NCBI GenBank assembly: GCA_950097015.1
Contig: CATNEN010000001.1
Location: 1,984,001-2,048,000, forward strand
Direction: 5' to 3'
Source of the DNA: Macrostomum hystrix
Lineage: Eukaryota; Animalia; Platyhelminthes
DNA: 64,000 nt
In this document: piece after piece, positions 39,255 through 51,728 of the stretch
How positions within the stretch are numbered: position 1 is the stretch's first letter
How the letters are laid out: every line of letters begins with the position of its first letter
Made by a program: the position numbers and the translations under genes
Notes under the pieces: generated by a model
Databases searched by the model: none
Told to the model about the DNA's origin: nothing
What the model saw: only the letters and a program-made list of their open reading frames with translations

Positions 39255-42200
39255 TAAAGAGTCATCAATCAGCTGTTTCAGCTATGCTCCCATTACTAAA
39301 GCTTTCTCAGTTAACATGCGTAAGGCCAATACTGCATTACTATCAATAATATAGGTGCCCTGAATCATTTGATTGTTCTATGAGTTATTTTGCTAAATCT
39401 TAACCATTCTGATACTCAACTTTCAGCGCCAGGTGTTCTTACGCTTGGTGTTCACCAAGATTGGCGACATTAACACTGTTCGAGAGTGCTTCGACGCCTC
39501 CGTGTACCTGGAGGCTCAGTGGCGCGAACCGTCTTTGGACGCTGGGCCGGCAACAGTCCGTTCAGCGGCGGCATCAACGGCTGCCATCGGTTCTGACGGC
39601 TCCGTTTCCGAAGTTAGCGCTCTGTGGCATCCGGATCTGTACATTGACAACAGCATCGGCGACCTGATGCACCGACGGGAGCGCGAGATGACGCGCAATT
39701 CGGCGGGCGAGGCTTTCGTGTTGGAGCGGCACAGCCTGCGCGGTCGCTTCTTTGAACGCATGGAGCTCTGGCACTTTCCGTTCGATACCCAGGTAGGTGT
39801 GCTTGAGTCCTCAGAGGCTTTGGATGCTTGGTTCTGAGATGGTTTTGAGACTGTCTTAATCGCACATAGTTGGTCTAGACGGCTCTGAGATAGTCTAAAT
39901 GGTTCTGAGATGGTATAGATGTTTCTGAGATCGTCTAGCTGTTTTAACAATAGTCTTGATGGTTCTGAGATAATTTAGATGGTTGAGATCGTCTAGATGG
40001 TTTTGGCATCGTCTAGATGTTTCTGAGATGGTTCTGAGATCGTCTAGATGTTTCTGACATCTTCTAGATGGTTCTGAAATAGTCTAGATGGTTCAGACAT
40101 CGTAGCTCGTATAGATGTTTCTGAGATCGTCTAGATGTTTCTGAGATGGTTCTGAGGTAGTCTAGATGGTTGTGAGATCTTCTAACATTGTTCTGACATA
40201 GTATGATTATTTGATCATATGTTTTTACTATTTCAGACACTGCTAAAACTGTTATCGTGATTTTTCGTTTATTTGCATCAGATAATTTTCAGTTCGGTAT
40301 CAAATCTGCACTAATAATTCTAGGACATCACGGTGACAGTGTGCTCAAATCTGCCAGAGTCAGCCGTCGAACTGCAAGAGATGCCAGACAAGCCATCGAG
40401 AGTGTTCACCAGCACCTTCACAGACGAGCAGGAGTGGAGCCTGCACACCCACGTCGAGGCCAGCAGAACCAGCGTCATCTCGGACAGTCAAATCGGTCCG
40501 CGCCAGCGCCCGGCCGTCCAATTTAGCACCAGGGCCACGAGACGGGCCATGTTCTACGTGGTGAACATTTGGTTCGTGTCCTTTATCCTGTGCATGCTGG
40601 CCATGTGCGTGTTCGGCATCGACCGACAGAATCTGCAAGGCCGGCTGCAGCTGTCCTTCATCCTCCTATTAACCACCGTAACTTTCAAATTCGTCATTGC
40701 CAATCATATTCCGAGGATTTCCTACCTCACAATGCTGGTGAGCCCGATGACATTGGAGACCTCTGGTTACACATGCTGCGCTTACAGAAAAAAGCTGAGA
40801 TTACAAAATTCAGCTGCCGAAACCCATGCAATAGGAATCGTACCAGGAAATTCCCGATAACAGAATCGCAGCAGGAACCCTACTGAAAATCGCATCATGA
40901 AACCTATTTAATATCGCATAAAAAAACTCAATAAGAATCGCAGAAGGAACCCCAAAGTGAATCGAAGCTAGATCCCTAAAGGGAATCAAATCTGGAGCCC
41001 TAAAAGGAATCGAAGCAAGAACCCTAAAAGGAATCGCAGCTCTACCCCTACTGAGAATCGCAGCACGACCCCTACTGAGAATCGCAGCAGGAAACCTACT
41101 GAGAATCGCTTTAGGAACCCTCTTTAGAATCGCAGCAGGAACCCAGCTGCAAAAAGAACAGAAGCAGTGAAAGGTAAAAAAATATCCTGCCTTAAAATGC
41201 ATCGTACGTATTCTCGCAGGACAAGGCGGTCATGCACAATCTGCTATTCCTAGTCCTGCTGAGTATTTGGCACTCTGTGGCCTCTCTATTCCCTGCGGCG
41301 CATCCGCTTCAGGCCAACGAGAAGTTCGCCATAATCGCCTTCGCCGGAGTCTACGTACTGGGCATTGCAGTAATCTGGCTGCAGATTGTGTTTGGGGTGA
41401 GGCTATATAACTTCTAGTTTTCATCTTAGAGCACCTCGCAGGAATTTTTACACAACAAAAAACTAAAATGGTATGGCATATAGTACATGAACACTGTCCT
41501 ACCCTAGTGATCTTAAAAAAAATCGGAAATTCTCGAAATAAAAATGTTTAAAAAAGTTAAAATGTAATGATGTAGTATCATTTAAAAAATCGAAACACCA
41601 AAAATAATTTTTATAACAAATGTTGTATAAAAATATTTTGTCAAACATGCTCCTAAATTTATATATTTCACTTTTAAGGCGGTACAAGATGCATTATTTG
41701 AATAGATATGTTCTTCTAAAAATAACTAATTATTACGTAAATTAAGAAATGAATTTATAAAGATAAAGATCGCCTAATTGTCTATCGATCGATAATTATT
41801 CTCTATAAACAATTTTAAATTTACAATAATCTTAACTAAGTTTTACGCCTGAATTAAAGTCGGAAATAAAAACTTTTCTTCAAATTGATCATAAAAACTC
41901 CAAATTTCTTAATTTCTTAATTTCTTAATTTCATTTATGAATTCTACAAAAGTAGAAAAAATGAAAATCGTAAACTAAAAAAAGTGTTATAATTTATTGA
42001 ACCTCATGTTCTTAAGAAGCCAAATTTTCAATGTTCCAATATTATAGTGGAATATTATATTTTATTGCATATTCTATTATATTATATTAGATCAAAATAT
42101 TATATTGCTCTTGTAAATATTTAAGTAGTATAGTTAGCGCTTACATTGTAACTATGTTTTTTAATTAATCCCTTTAATTTGTAACAGGCTCTGAAGAGGA

Positions 42201-43730
42201 AGAAGCTGATGGACGAGAAGGACTTGCAGTATCAGGTACGATATTCGAATCATTTATAAAGGGATTAATTTTTTAATTGCTTATAAATAAGTAGTCTTTA
42301 AAAAAATTTACGAGCTATAATTCGGTTGCGGAAAACTAAATACTAAAAGTCTATTCCGCTAGCTTATTTTACAATATAAACTAAGTATTTGAAACACACA
42401 TGGTTTGAGATAGCACCATAATTATAAAATGTAAAAATAATTTATTAAACGACTGCTATACTCAAAGCTTCTCTATGAAAATTGTGGGAATTCTGTTAAT
42501 TTACATTCTGCTTTGTCACTTTTTACTTCGTCTACCGTATTCTAGCTTCCATTATCTCTCCCATATCTATTTAATTTATTCTTTTTTAATTTCTAAAGCA
42601 TAATACTAGTATAGATAATTTAATACTTCGCCTTGATATTTCTGTCTAAAGGTGAACTAAGAGAGCGCAATTTTGTTGACCACTTTTCTATTCCCTATTT
42701 TCCAGGTGCACCTGTTTTCAAAAGCTCCCCAGCATATGTTCTCGTCGAGCGATTGAAAAGAACCGTTTTAAAAGGCAGAGTTATTTTTACAATTAATATA
42801 GTTTACATTTTATAGACCTTCTAGACTGTAAACAATCTCTTAATCAATCTTACGTTATGCTTAGATTCGTTAACTATTATCTACTTTCTGTTTTGCTTTA
42901 ACTTCACATAGATTAAAGTCACGTCCTTATTTGCCTGCTAATAAGTAGACACATGAGCATTTTATTTCTGTTTATGTTATGTGATTGTTAAAACATTAGC
43001 TAGAACTTCTGTCGAGATTAGTTCTTTAGTTTCTTCGCGACTGTTTTCTGAAACATTCCAGTATTTAAAAGACGTATAAAAAAGTTGAATCTAAATATTA
43101 CAGCATCGCACAAATCAACTGAAACGTGAGTTTCCTGCTACTAATAGTACAGTAATTGAATATGCCGAGTGACAATTATTTTCCTTCTTTTTACCTTTTT
43201 ATATTTTTTAAGTAAAGTATTTTCGTAGCTAACTAAAAACACATTCGAACATTATCAGATAGGAACACACACACACCTGTCTAACAGGTTACACACCTGT
43301 CTAACAGGTTACACACCTGTCTAACAGGTTACACACCTGTCTAACAGGTTACACACCTGTCTAACAGGTTACACACCTGTCTAACAGGTTACACACCTGT
43401 CTAACAGGTTAGTACACACGCGACTAAAAGGTATATACGAACACCTGTACAATGGGTGCCCTAGATGTAAGACACGTACATCGTACACGTACATTAGGGG
43501 ATGTTTTTACGTTTTTCAGTTTTCTATCTTGTTCGGGGAATAATTAGGCCTTTTGTATTTCCACTAAAGCTTGGCGTCTTACATCCTGCCTTTTCTTTCT
43601 AAAAAAACTTGAGATATTTAAAACAAACTTAGCATATTATTTTCAGATTATCAGCCAGGGCCCGAATGTACAATTTGACGATGCTGTCGAAGCTGGAGCA
43701 ACAGTTGTGAAGAAAACAAATACAGAATAA
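39071..43730 (+). CDS. Cys-less (Pro-loop) pentameric ligand-gated ion channel subunit
   Basis: Exons 39071-39319 (polyQ), 39427-39792, 40324-40737, 41220-41396, 42188-42235, possible microexon 43104-43125, last exon from ~43647 (frame uncertain). Motifs IGDINTVRECFDA, W..P, LWHPDLYIDN, MELWHFPFDTQ (no Cys pair), EW, M1-M4 helices, RLQLSFILLLT, PRISYLT..D. Confidence 0.85.
39830..40200. repeat. Degenerate ~20-bp minisatellite TTCTGAGATCGTCTAGATGG
   Basis: Tandem periodicity in a pLGIC intron. Confidence 0.8.
40845..41145. repeat. Degenerate ~24-bp minisatellite GAATCGCAGCAGGAACCCTACTGA
   Basis: Tandem periodicity; resembles the 31826 unit. Confidence 0.78.
43270..43412. repeat. 20-bp tandem repeat ACACACCTGTCTAACAGGTT (~7 copies), each unit with an internal hairpin
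   Basis: ACCTGT-CTA-ACAGGT inverted repeat in each unit. Confidence 0.92.
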
Positions 43731-44053
43731 CTAAATTGTCTTTTTACAATCACTATACAAATTAAAAAAATGTTTTTCTAGTTGGGTCTGTCTTTGAGTT
43801 GGGTGAGTCAATCTGTCTTGGACTTCGGTGGGTCATTGATCTGTCTTTGAGTTGCTGGTCGGATTGTTGTTGTCAATTTACCGTAGTCGCGATTCACTTT
43901 TTACCTTAGATCTGAAACACATTTCTGCCACTATCCTATATGATACCATCGAGAAAATGCAATCAAAACACAGTAAAACAATTCTTATTTATCTTCGAGT
44001 ATCATTTTTGAAACGATGCTTTAAGCATTCCATTTTTTGCTTTATTAAATATA

Positions 44054-44788
44054 CCTTTTTGCGTTCTATTTGGGCTTTGTTGCGAGCCATTTGGGCAGCG
44101 CAGGCAGTGGTGAGCGAGACGAAAGCAGGCACTCTGTGCCATAGACAAAGATTGCATTTGCTTCTGAAGTCGGCAACCAATTTGGGCCCCTTTGCGAGCA
44201 ATTTCGGCCAGTGGTGGCAGTCAGAGATAAAAAAACAGGGGCAGCAGTCATAGACAGTGAAGAGACTCGCCGTTCCTGAACGCAGCTTGTCACAACCGGA
44301 CATTCAGCGCCAAGCCGGTAACCGAGACGCAGCAGCCGCAGCGGGAAGCACGCTACATCAGCAACGACTGCGGATTCTGCAGCAACTGATCGACACGGCT
44401 GTATTCGAGATCACGCCATTCAAGTGTCGACAGTGGGTGAACCACAGTCTGACCTACATGCAGCGTTGCCTCGAGGCATTACCGAGTGACGTTTTGACAT
44501 CATCATGTTGACTCCTTTTCAGTCAGTCAGATTCTTTTCCCAAGTTAACATTTTCCTATTGGTGCTTTCACCTCTTTGTCTGTTTGTCTGTATGGCTCAT
44601 GTTCTTCTGCGTTCATAGCGTAGCTTTTAAATGGCCGAAATTGCTCGCAAAGGGGCCCAAATTGGTTGCCGACTTCAGAAGCAAATGCAATCTTTGTCTA
44701 TGGCACAGAGTGCCTGCTTTCGTCTCGCTCACCACTGCCTGCGCTGCCCAAATGGCTCGCAAGTAAGCCCAAATAGAACGCAAAAAGT
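44054..44788 (+). mobile_element. Internally deleted Tc1/IS630-like DNA transposon with ~155-bp TIRs
   Basis: Near-perfect inverted arms ~44054-44210 and ~44631-44788, flanked by TA(TA); internal peptide LIDTAVFEITPFKCRQWVNHSLTYMQRCL resembles the C-terminus of Tc1-like DDE transposases. Confidence 0.78.
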
Positions 44789-45034
44789 TATAATAAAACG
44801 ATGCATATAATGTTGTTAAATTCGCAACTTTTAAGTTAAAGTAGTAAAGAAGGAAAATAATATTAGTATAGCATTGTTACATATCCAATATGATTTAACT
44901 TTTCACAGTAAAGTTCTGTATAAAGTTATTTTAACATTTTCAAAATAAACCAATATCACAAAATTTAGTTTTTTATTAAACAATAGTGCTTAATCATTGT
45001 TTTGACTGCTGACTCATTGATTTTCTAAACAGTC

Positions 45035-48000
45035 AGTAACAGTAGCTCGCGTTGGAATCGTATCAAGAACAGTAGCTCGGAATCGTATCAAGAACAGTAG
45101 CTCGGAATCGTATCAAGAACAGTAGCTCGGAATCGTATCAAGAACAGTAGCTCGGAATCGTATCAAGAACAGTAGCTGGGAATCGTATCAAGAACAGTAG
45201 CTCGGAATCGTATCAAGAACAGTAGCTCGGAATCGTATCAAGAACAGTAGCTCGGAATCGTATCAAGAACAGTAGCTCGGAATCGTATCAAGAACAGTAG
45301 CTGGGAATCGTATCAAGAACAGTAGCTCGGAATCGTATCAAGAACAGTAGCTCGGAATCGTATCAAGAACAGTAGCTCGGAATCGTATCAAGAACAGTAG
45401 CTGGGAACAGTAGCTCGGAATCGTATCAAGAACAGTAGCTCGGAATCGTATCAAGAACAGTAGCTCGGGAATCGTATCAAGAACAGTAGCTCGGAATCGT
45501 ATCAAGAACAGTAGCTCGGAATCGTATCAAGAACAGTAGCTGGGAATCGTATCAAGAACAGTAGCTCGGAATCGTATCAAGAACAGTAGCTCGGAATCGT
45601 ATTCAAAGAACAGTAGCTCGGAATCGTATCAAGAACAGTAGCTCGGAATCGTATCAAGAACAGTAGCTCGGAATCGTATCAAGAACAGTAGCTCGGAAAT
45701 CGTATTCAAAGAACAGTAGCTCGGAATCGTATCAAGAACAGTAGCTCGGAATCGTATCAAGAACAGTAGCTCGGAATCGTATCAAGAACAGTAGCTCGGG
45801 AATCGTATCAAGAACAGTAGCTCGGAATCGTATCAAGAACAGTAGCTCGGAATCGTATCAAGAACAGTAGCTCGGAATCGTATCAAGAACAGTAGCTCGG
45901 AATCGTTTCAAAGACAGTAGCTCGGAATCGTTTCAAAGACAGTAGCTCGGAATCGTATCAAGAACAGTAGCTCGGAATCGTATCAAGAACAGTAGCTCGG
46001 AATCGTATCAAGACAGTAGCTCGGAATCGTATCAAGAACAGTAGCTCGAATCGTATCAAGAACAGTAGCTCGGAAATCGTATCAAGAACAGTAGCTGGGA
46101 ATCGTATCAATAACAGTAGCTGGGATCGTATCAAGAACAGTAGCTCGGAATCGTATCAAGAACAGTAGCTCGGAATCGTATCAAGAACAGTAGCTCGGGA
46201 ATCGTATCAAGAACAGTAGCTCGGATCGTATCAGAACAGTAGCTCGGAATCGTATCAAGAACAGTAGCTGGGAATCGTATCAAGAACAGTAGCTCGGAAT
46301 CGTATCAAGAACGTAATCTCGGAATCGTATCAAGAACAGTAGCTCGGAATCGTATCAAGAAACAGTAGCTCGGATCGTATCAAGACAGTAGCTCGGAATC
46401 GTATCAAGAACAGTAGCTCGGAATCGTATCAAGAACAGTAGCTCGGAATCGTATCAAGAACAGTAGCTCGGAATCGTATCAAGAACAGTAGCTCGGAATC
46501 GTATCAAGAACAGTAGCTCGGAATCGTATCAAGAACAGTAGCTCGGAATCGTATCAAGAACAGTAGCTCGGAATCGTATCAAGAACAGTAGCTCGGAATC
46601 GTATCAAGAACAGTAGCTCGGAATCGTATCAAGAACAGTAGCTCGGAATCGTATCAAGAACAGTAGCTCGGAATCGTATCAAGAACAGTAGCTCGGAATC
46701 GTATCAAGAACAGTAGCTCGGAATCGTATCAAGAACAGTAGCTCGGAATCGTATCAAGAACAGTAGCTCGGAATCGTATCAAGAACAGTAGCTCGGAATC
46801 GTATCAAGAACAGTAGCTCGGAATCGTATCAAGAACAGTAGCTCGGAATCGTATCAAGAACAGTAGCTCGGAATCGTATCAAGAACAGTAGCTCGGAATC
46901 GTATCAAGAACAGTAGCTCGGAATCGTATCAAGAACAGTAGCTCGGAATCGTATCAAGAACAGTAGCTCGGAATCGTATCAAGAACAGTAGCTCGGAATC
47001 GTATCAAGAACAGTAGCTCGGAATCGTATCAAGAACAGTAGCTCGGAATCGTATCAAGAACAGTAGCTCGGAATCGTATCAAGAACAGTAGCTCGGAATC
47101 GTATCAAGAACAGTAGCTCGGAATCGTATCAAGAACAGTAGCTCGGAATCGTATCAAGAACAGTAGCTCGGAATCGTATCAAGAACAGTAGCTCGGAATC
47201 GTATCAAGAACAGTAGCTCGGAATCGTATCAAGAACAGTAGCTCGGAATCGTATCAAGAACAGTAGCTCGGAATCGTATCAAGAACAGTAGCTCGGAATC
47301 GTATCAAGAACAGTAGCTCGGAATCGTATCAAGAACAGTAGCTCGGAATCGTATCAAGAACAGTAGCTCGGAATCGTATCAAGAACAGTAGCTCGGAATC
47401 GTATCAAGAACAGTAGCTCGGAATCGTATCAAGAACAGTAGCTCGGAATCGTATCAAGAACAGTAGCTCGGAATCGTATCAAGAACAGTAGCTCGGAATC
47501 GTATCAAGAACAGTAGCTCGGAATCGTATCAAGAACAGTAGCTCGGAATCGTATCAAGAACAGTAGCTCGGAATCGTATCAAGAACAGTAGCTCGGAATC
47601 GTATCAAGAACAGTAGCTCGGAATCGTATCAAGAACAGTAGCTCGGAATCGTATCAAGAACAGTAGCTCGGAATCGTATCAAGAACAGTAGCTCGGAATC
47701 GTATCAAGAACAGTAGCTCGGAATCGTATCAAGAACAGTAGCTCGGAATCGTATCAAGAACAGTAGCTCGGAATCGTATCAAGAACAGTAGCTCGGAATC
47801 GTATCAAGAACAGTAGCTCGGAATCGTATCAAGAACAGTAGCTCGGAATCGTATCAAGAACAGTAGCTCGGAATCGTATCAAGAACAGTAGCTCGGAATC
47901 GTATCAAGAACAGTAGCTCGGAATCGTATCAAGAACAGTAGCTCGGAATCGTATCAAGAACAGTAGCTCGGAATCGTATCAAGAACAGTAGCTCGGAATC

Positions 48001-48922
48001 GTATCAAGAACAGTAGCTCGGAATCGTTATCAAGAACAGTAGCTCGGGAATCGTATCAAGAACAGTAGCTCGGAATCGTATCAAGAACAGTAGCTCGGAA
48101 TCGTATCAAGAACAGTAGCTCGGAATCGTATCAAGAAACAGTAGCTCGGAATCGTATCAAGAACAGTAGCTCGGAATCGTATCAAGAACAGTAGCTCGGA
48201 ATCGTATCAAGAACAGTAGCTCGGAATCGTATCAAGAACAGTAGCTCGGAATCGTATCAAGAACAGTAGCTCGGAATCGTATCAAGAACAGTAGCTCGGA
48301 ATCGTATCAAGAACAGTAGCTCGGAATCGTATCAAGAACAGTAGCTGGGAATCGTATCAAACAGTAGCTGGAATCGTATCAAGAACAGTAGCTCGGAATC
48401 GTATCAAGAACAGTAGCTCGGAATCGTATCAAGAACAGTAGCTCGGAATCGTATCAAGAACAGTAGCTCGGAATCGTATCAAGAACAGTAGCTCGGAATC
48501 GTATCAAGAACAGTAGCTCGGAATCGTATCAAGAACAGTAGCTCGGAATCGTATCAAGAACAGTAGCTCGGAATCGTATCAGACCCGGAATTACAGTAGC
48601 TGGGAATCGTATCAAGAACAGTAGCTCGGAATCGTATCAAGACAGTAGCTCGGAATCGTATCAAGAACAGTAGCTCGGAATCGTATCAAGAACAGTAGCT
48701 CGGAATCGTATCAAGAACAGTAGCTCGGAATCGTATCAAGAACAGTAGCTGGGAATCGTATCAAGAACAGTAGCTCGGAATCGTATCAAGAACAGTAGCT
48801 CGGAATCGTATCAAGAACAGTAGCTGGGAATCGTATCAAGAACAGTAGCTGGGAATCGTATCAAGAACAGTAGCTCGGAATCGTATCAAGAACAGTAGCT
48901 CGGAATCGTTTCAAAGACAGTA
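45035..48922. repeat. Minisatellite, 25-bp unit CAGTAGCTCGGAATCGTATCAAGAA (~155 copies)
   Basis: Largest array in the window; perfect core with scattered 1-nt indels on the flanks. Confidence 0.98.
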
Positions 48923-49058
48923 GAGTCTGTCAGAGTGAGTCTGTCAGAGTGAGTCTGTCAGAGTGAGTCTGTCAGAGTGAGTCTGTCAGAGTGAGTCTGT
49001 CAGAGTGAGTCTGTCAGAGTGAGTCTGTCAGAGTGAGTCTGTCAGAGTGAGTCTGTCA
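48923..49058. repeat. 14-bp tandem repeat GAGTGAGTCTGTCA (~10 copies) derived from a splice-donor region
   Basis: Matches the exon 2 donor region CAGA|GTGAGTCTGT of copies B and D. Confidence 0.88.
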
Positions 49059-49125
49059 CATTGAGATTTAACAGAGAATTTTGAGTCTACGAGCATATGT
49101 TTAGAAAAGATTGTTTTCACTGTAG

Positions 49126-50198
49126 ACTCGAGCATCGGGAGGAGCGGCTCCGTCCAGCTGACTGTCGTGAACGTGACCGGCTGCTACCGCTTGGAGGCCT
49201 GGGGCGCGGCAGGTGGGGCCAACAGCTTCAACAACAAGGTCGGCGGCAGAGGCGCCTACTCAGCCGGCAGCTTCAATTTCACCGGAGGCACCCGGCTGTC
49301 GATCGTTGTCGGCCAGGCCGGAGGCAACGTCGCTTCTGATCGCGCCGGAGCTGGTGGCGGCGGTGGCAGCTTCGTGCTTCTGGCGGCTGGTGGTGGTGGC
49401 GGCGCTTCGTCTTGGGCTTCAGGTGAAAAAGTTCTTGGAAATGGAATGGAAGTGTCTGATGCCAGAAAAAAAGCGTACTAGCAAAAATATCCCACAGATG
49501 AAAACGGACACAATAACCTTTTTCTAAAGTACTTTCTTCATATAAATTTAATAAAATACTAAGCGGAGCGTTTCAGATCGTAACAAAAGCAAGTATTTTG
49601 AGGGACAGATTACTTAATGTTGTAATAAGCCACTAGTAAGGACGAATATCCATCGATTGTAGGGAGTGAGTGGCAGATGTACACACCTGTGTGTGCTCAG
49701 GAGTCAGCTGAATGGGCAGAATTGCCTCCTCACTGGCTGCGGGTCTAGTGTCACCAAATGATGTGCAGCCCTCCTGCAATTATTATTATTATTATCGATC
49801 TCTTGCAAAAGTTTCCTGGCGCGCACTTCAGGCAGCGCCGGACAGGCGGGACCCGACGGCAGAAAATCAATCGGTCAAAGGGGGACAAAGGGGGATCCGG
49901 CGTTGGCTGGCGAAGTGGAGCCGCCAGTCGCACTGATGTCAGCTTCGGCGACGGTGGAAGCGGCCTCATCAACTTCTGGCTCGGTGGCAGCGGCGGCAGC
50001 GTCAACGGCACCAGCGGTCTAAGCAGCGACGACGGCGGCGGCGATGGCGGATTCGGCGGCGGCGGCGGAGGCGGTCGAGCAAACGGCGCCGCTGGCGCTG
50101 GCGACGGCTCTTACCACGCTAACGACGGCGGCAACGCGGGCGCCGAACACGGAGAGATTTTACTCCACCTTCTCCATTTCTCTAAGGCCGATTGTTAA
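49126..50198 (+). pseudogene. PAN-ALK/LTK Gly-rich family copy A (5'-truncated, internally deleted)
   Basis: Exon 3 49126-49422 with a 24-nt in-frame deletion versus copy B; degenerate exon 4 ~49830-50198; exons 1-2 absent; SINE fragment in the intron. Confidence 0.75.
49672..49795 (+). mobile_element. SINE family 1, 3' fragment with (ATT)n tail
   Basis: Matches the 3' half of the 38128 copy. Confidence 0.7.
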
Positions 50199-50463
50199 CT
50201 GAGTGGAGACTGAGGGGTCAACCAGAAGGAGAAGTTTACCTTGAATAACAGTACTTGAGAAAGAATAGAACACCCTTAGCTTAAATTTACTTAAATTCAC
50301 TTGTTAATAGTTACTCGTATTTTCTTATCAAAATAATTTTTTGTAGGAGTAATAATAAACAGTATTTCTGTCTAAATGAAAAAAATACGGATCATGATGG
50401 ACGATTATTTTTTCGTAAGTCTAATACATATATATTTACCGAATTGTCTCGTATTTTTTATAT

Positions 50464-50700
50464 GGGTCGTAGCCTAGTGGTAAGAGCGACGGACTTTCGA
50501 CTTGAATGTCGCGGGTTCGATTCGCGTCTCCACAGGAACAATTTGTGCAGTTAACTCTGCATTGCTTCAGTTCACCCGGCTGTTAAATTGGTGTCAGCAT
50601 CAGCTGGGGAAAATGAGGGTGGGTGTGACGTCCCCCAGTCCATGGACTGATCGGCCGTACGTAGCCTTCAGATCCCATCAACTCAGGCTCGGATGAAATA
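50464..50700 (+). mobile_element. tRNA-derived SINE, family 2
   Basis: A box TAGCCTAGTGG, B box GGTTCGATTC, core CAGTTCACCCGGCTGTTAAATTGGT. Confidence 0.7.
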
Positions 50701-51142
50701 TAGTATAACAAAAAAATTGATTTCTTTATATTATATGACATATACCAAGATTTCGTGTAACTTAAGGATAATCAGTAATCTTCATATTTGTATAGTTTTA
50801 AGCCTATAAAGTGTAACAAAGTTCACATTAAATGTAAACCACGTTAACTAACTGCGATGCATTATTAAAAAAAAATTACTTCTGATTAATTAGAATTCAA
50901 TTAGCTAAAGCTGCATAGTTCTCAATTTATCATATGCAAAAGCACATATCATTTTACGATGCTTTAATAAAAAAATGGATTAAGTTTGGGAGAAAAATTT
51001 TATGCTTAACTGCATGACTGTATGACTGTATGAGGAGAGTCAAATGGTCAGAATTGGTCAATAATGTTTGAAAATTTACAGAAATACCGCTAAATAAGAG
51101 AATGCAAGCAGCAGTTAGGCTGTCGACAAAAACTTCAGTGGC

Positions 51143-51544
51143 TTAATAATAATAATAATAATAATTGACACTAGACCCAAGGGCCAGTGCAGGTGTTGTG
51201 TGTCAGGCACACTAGCAGGTGGGGACTGCACACCTAATGTACTCCCCGGCTCTCTCGGACACCGGTTGACAGCCGCGTGTCAGCAATGGAATTTATTTTT
51301 CTAAACATATCGGCAGCATCCAAACCCCACAGAATTGCCGCACAGAACTGCTTTATTCCACGCCAGCCGGAATTATTATTACCCGACGAAATGTCGGTAC
51401 TCATTTGCAGCTGAGTAGACTGTGTGCACATCAGGGCAAAGCAGCTTGCCAAAGGCTGCACGAATAGTTCTAGACTAGGTCGGGAGTCGAACCCAGGACC
51501 ATCTGATCCAGAGTCCGACACCTTACTGACTGAGCTATCCGCCC
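51143..51544 (-). mobile_element. tRNA-derived SINE, family 3
   Basis: GGGCGGATAGCTCAGTCAGTAAG..GGTTCGACTCCC head, core CAGTCTACTCAGCTGCAAATGAGTACC, (TTA)n tail. Confidence 0.75.
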
Positions 51545-51728
51545 AGATAACCCAGATAGTGGCTTAATGGTATTAAATTTCACGAACGTTAGCTCATTGC
51601 GCAGTATTATTAAATAAAAATACCCGGATATAGTTGGCAAACTGCATGAAAACGACAGCTCAGCTAAATCATTGCGGTATCGTTTTGACAAGAAAAACAA
51701 AACAGAAGCCAAGGGCAATACACAACCA

